This document shows, piece after piece, positions 63,770 through 64,000 of a DNA stretch of 64,000 bases. Within the stretch, counting starts at the first letter, position 1. Every line of letters starts with the position of its first letter. The translations under genes were made by a program, and so were the position numbers. Source of the stretch: Utricularia gibba (taxonomy: Eukaryota; Plantae; Magnoliophyta); contig NEEC01000015.1 in assembly GCA_002189035.1 (NCBI GenBank), forward strand, positions 2,232,001 to 2,296,000. Direction: 5' to 3'. The notes below the pieces were generated by a model. The model was not told the origin of the DNA. It searched no databases and saw nothing but the letters and a program-made list of their open reading frames with translations.

Positions 63770-64000
63770 TCTTGCCTAGAATTGAACACCAGGGAAGAAG
63801 AAGAAGAAAGCAAGCATGAAAGCAAAAAAAGTTGCAAGATTTTCAGACACAGAGTTGGAAAGTTTGTCCCGATTATCCAATGACAGTTCATGTGGGACGC
63901 CAAGGACTAGAAATAAAAAACCCCGAGCCTGAATAAGTGTGCGCAGTTACCGCCTTCCAAATCATCCTTCTTTTATGATAATACTTAAATTAAATTAAAT

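Noticed and set aside
63248-63883. 211-aa + strand ORF
   Set aside because: Antisense shadow of the GC-rich DUF868 CDS, with no recognisable motif.
1-64000. CRISPR arrays, rRNA, tRNA, intronic snoRNA, transposase or retroelement ORFs, programmed frameshifting
   Set aside because: No repeat-spacer pattern, cloverleaf, rRNA motif, clear C/D box pair or TE protein was seen. The frame breaks lack slippery-site and pseudoknot context and are better explained by assembly error.

Overview
Eukaryotic, not prokaryotic: a very gene-dense eudicot plant nuclear window with about 23 protein-coding loci in 64 kb (about one per 2.8 kb). Most introns I resolved are 60-130 nt, and there is no intact transposon, rRNA, tRNA or CRISPR array. 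Gene order: GRF (partial, with miR396 site), a small unknown two-exon gene, ATG22/UMF1-like MFS, NAA60/MCC1-like GNAT, GSO1/SGN3-like LRR-RLK, PLGG1, SCAMP, class-B ARF (ARF9-like), DCD/NRP, GDSL lipase, chromoplast-type lycopene beta-cyclase, a degenerate S40/DUF584 gene, GH17 glucanase, root-type ferredoxin, RPL10a, QCR9, TGA9-like bZIP, PARP3, DYW-PPR, HIRA, RPP2, IPT2 and DUF868. The density suggests a miniaturised genome such as Lentibulariaceae (inference only). About 13 reading-frame breaks in 9 otherwise intact genes are each repaired by adding ONE base, mostly in G/C runs. This points to uncorrected long-read consensus errors rather than mass pseudogenisation. Best leads: an extra intron in the GSO1-like gene bounded by a 10-bp direct repeat (possible recent intron gain), a 121-aa spliced orphan with a VARLMGL-like motif, a decayed S40 gene, a ferredoxin altered next to its Fe-S ligands, two GC-AG introns, uORFs in the GRF and ARF leaders, and a hairpin-bearing possible non-coding locus. 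I found no convincing wholly new multi-gene system. All exon structures were derived by hand, with no database searches.
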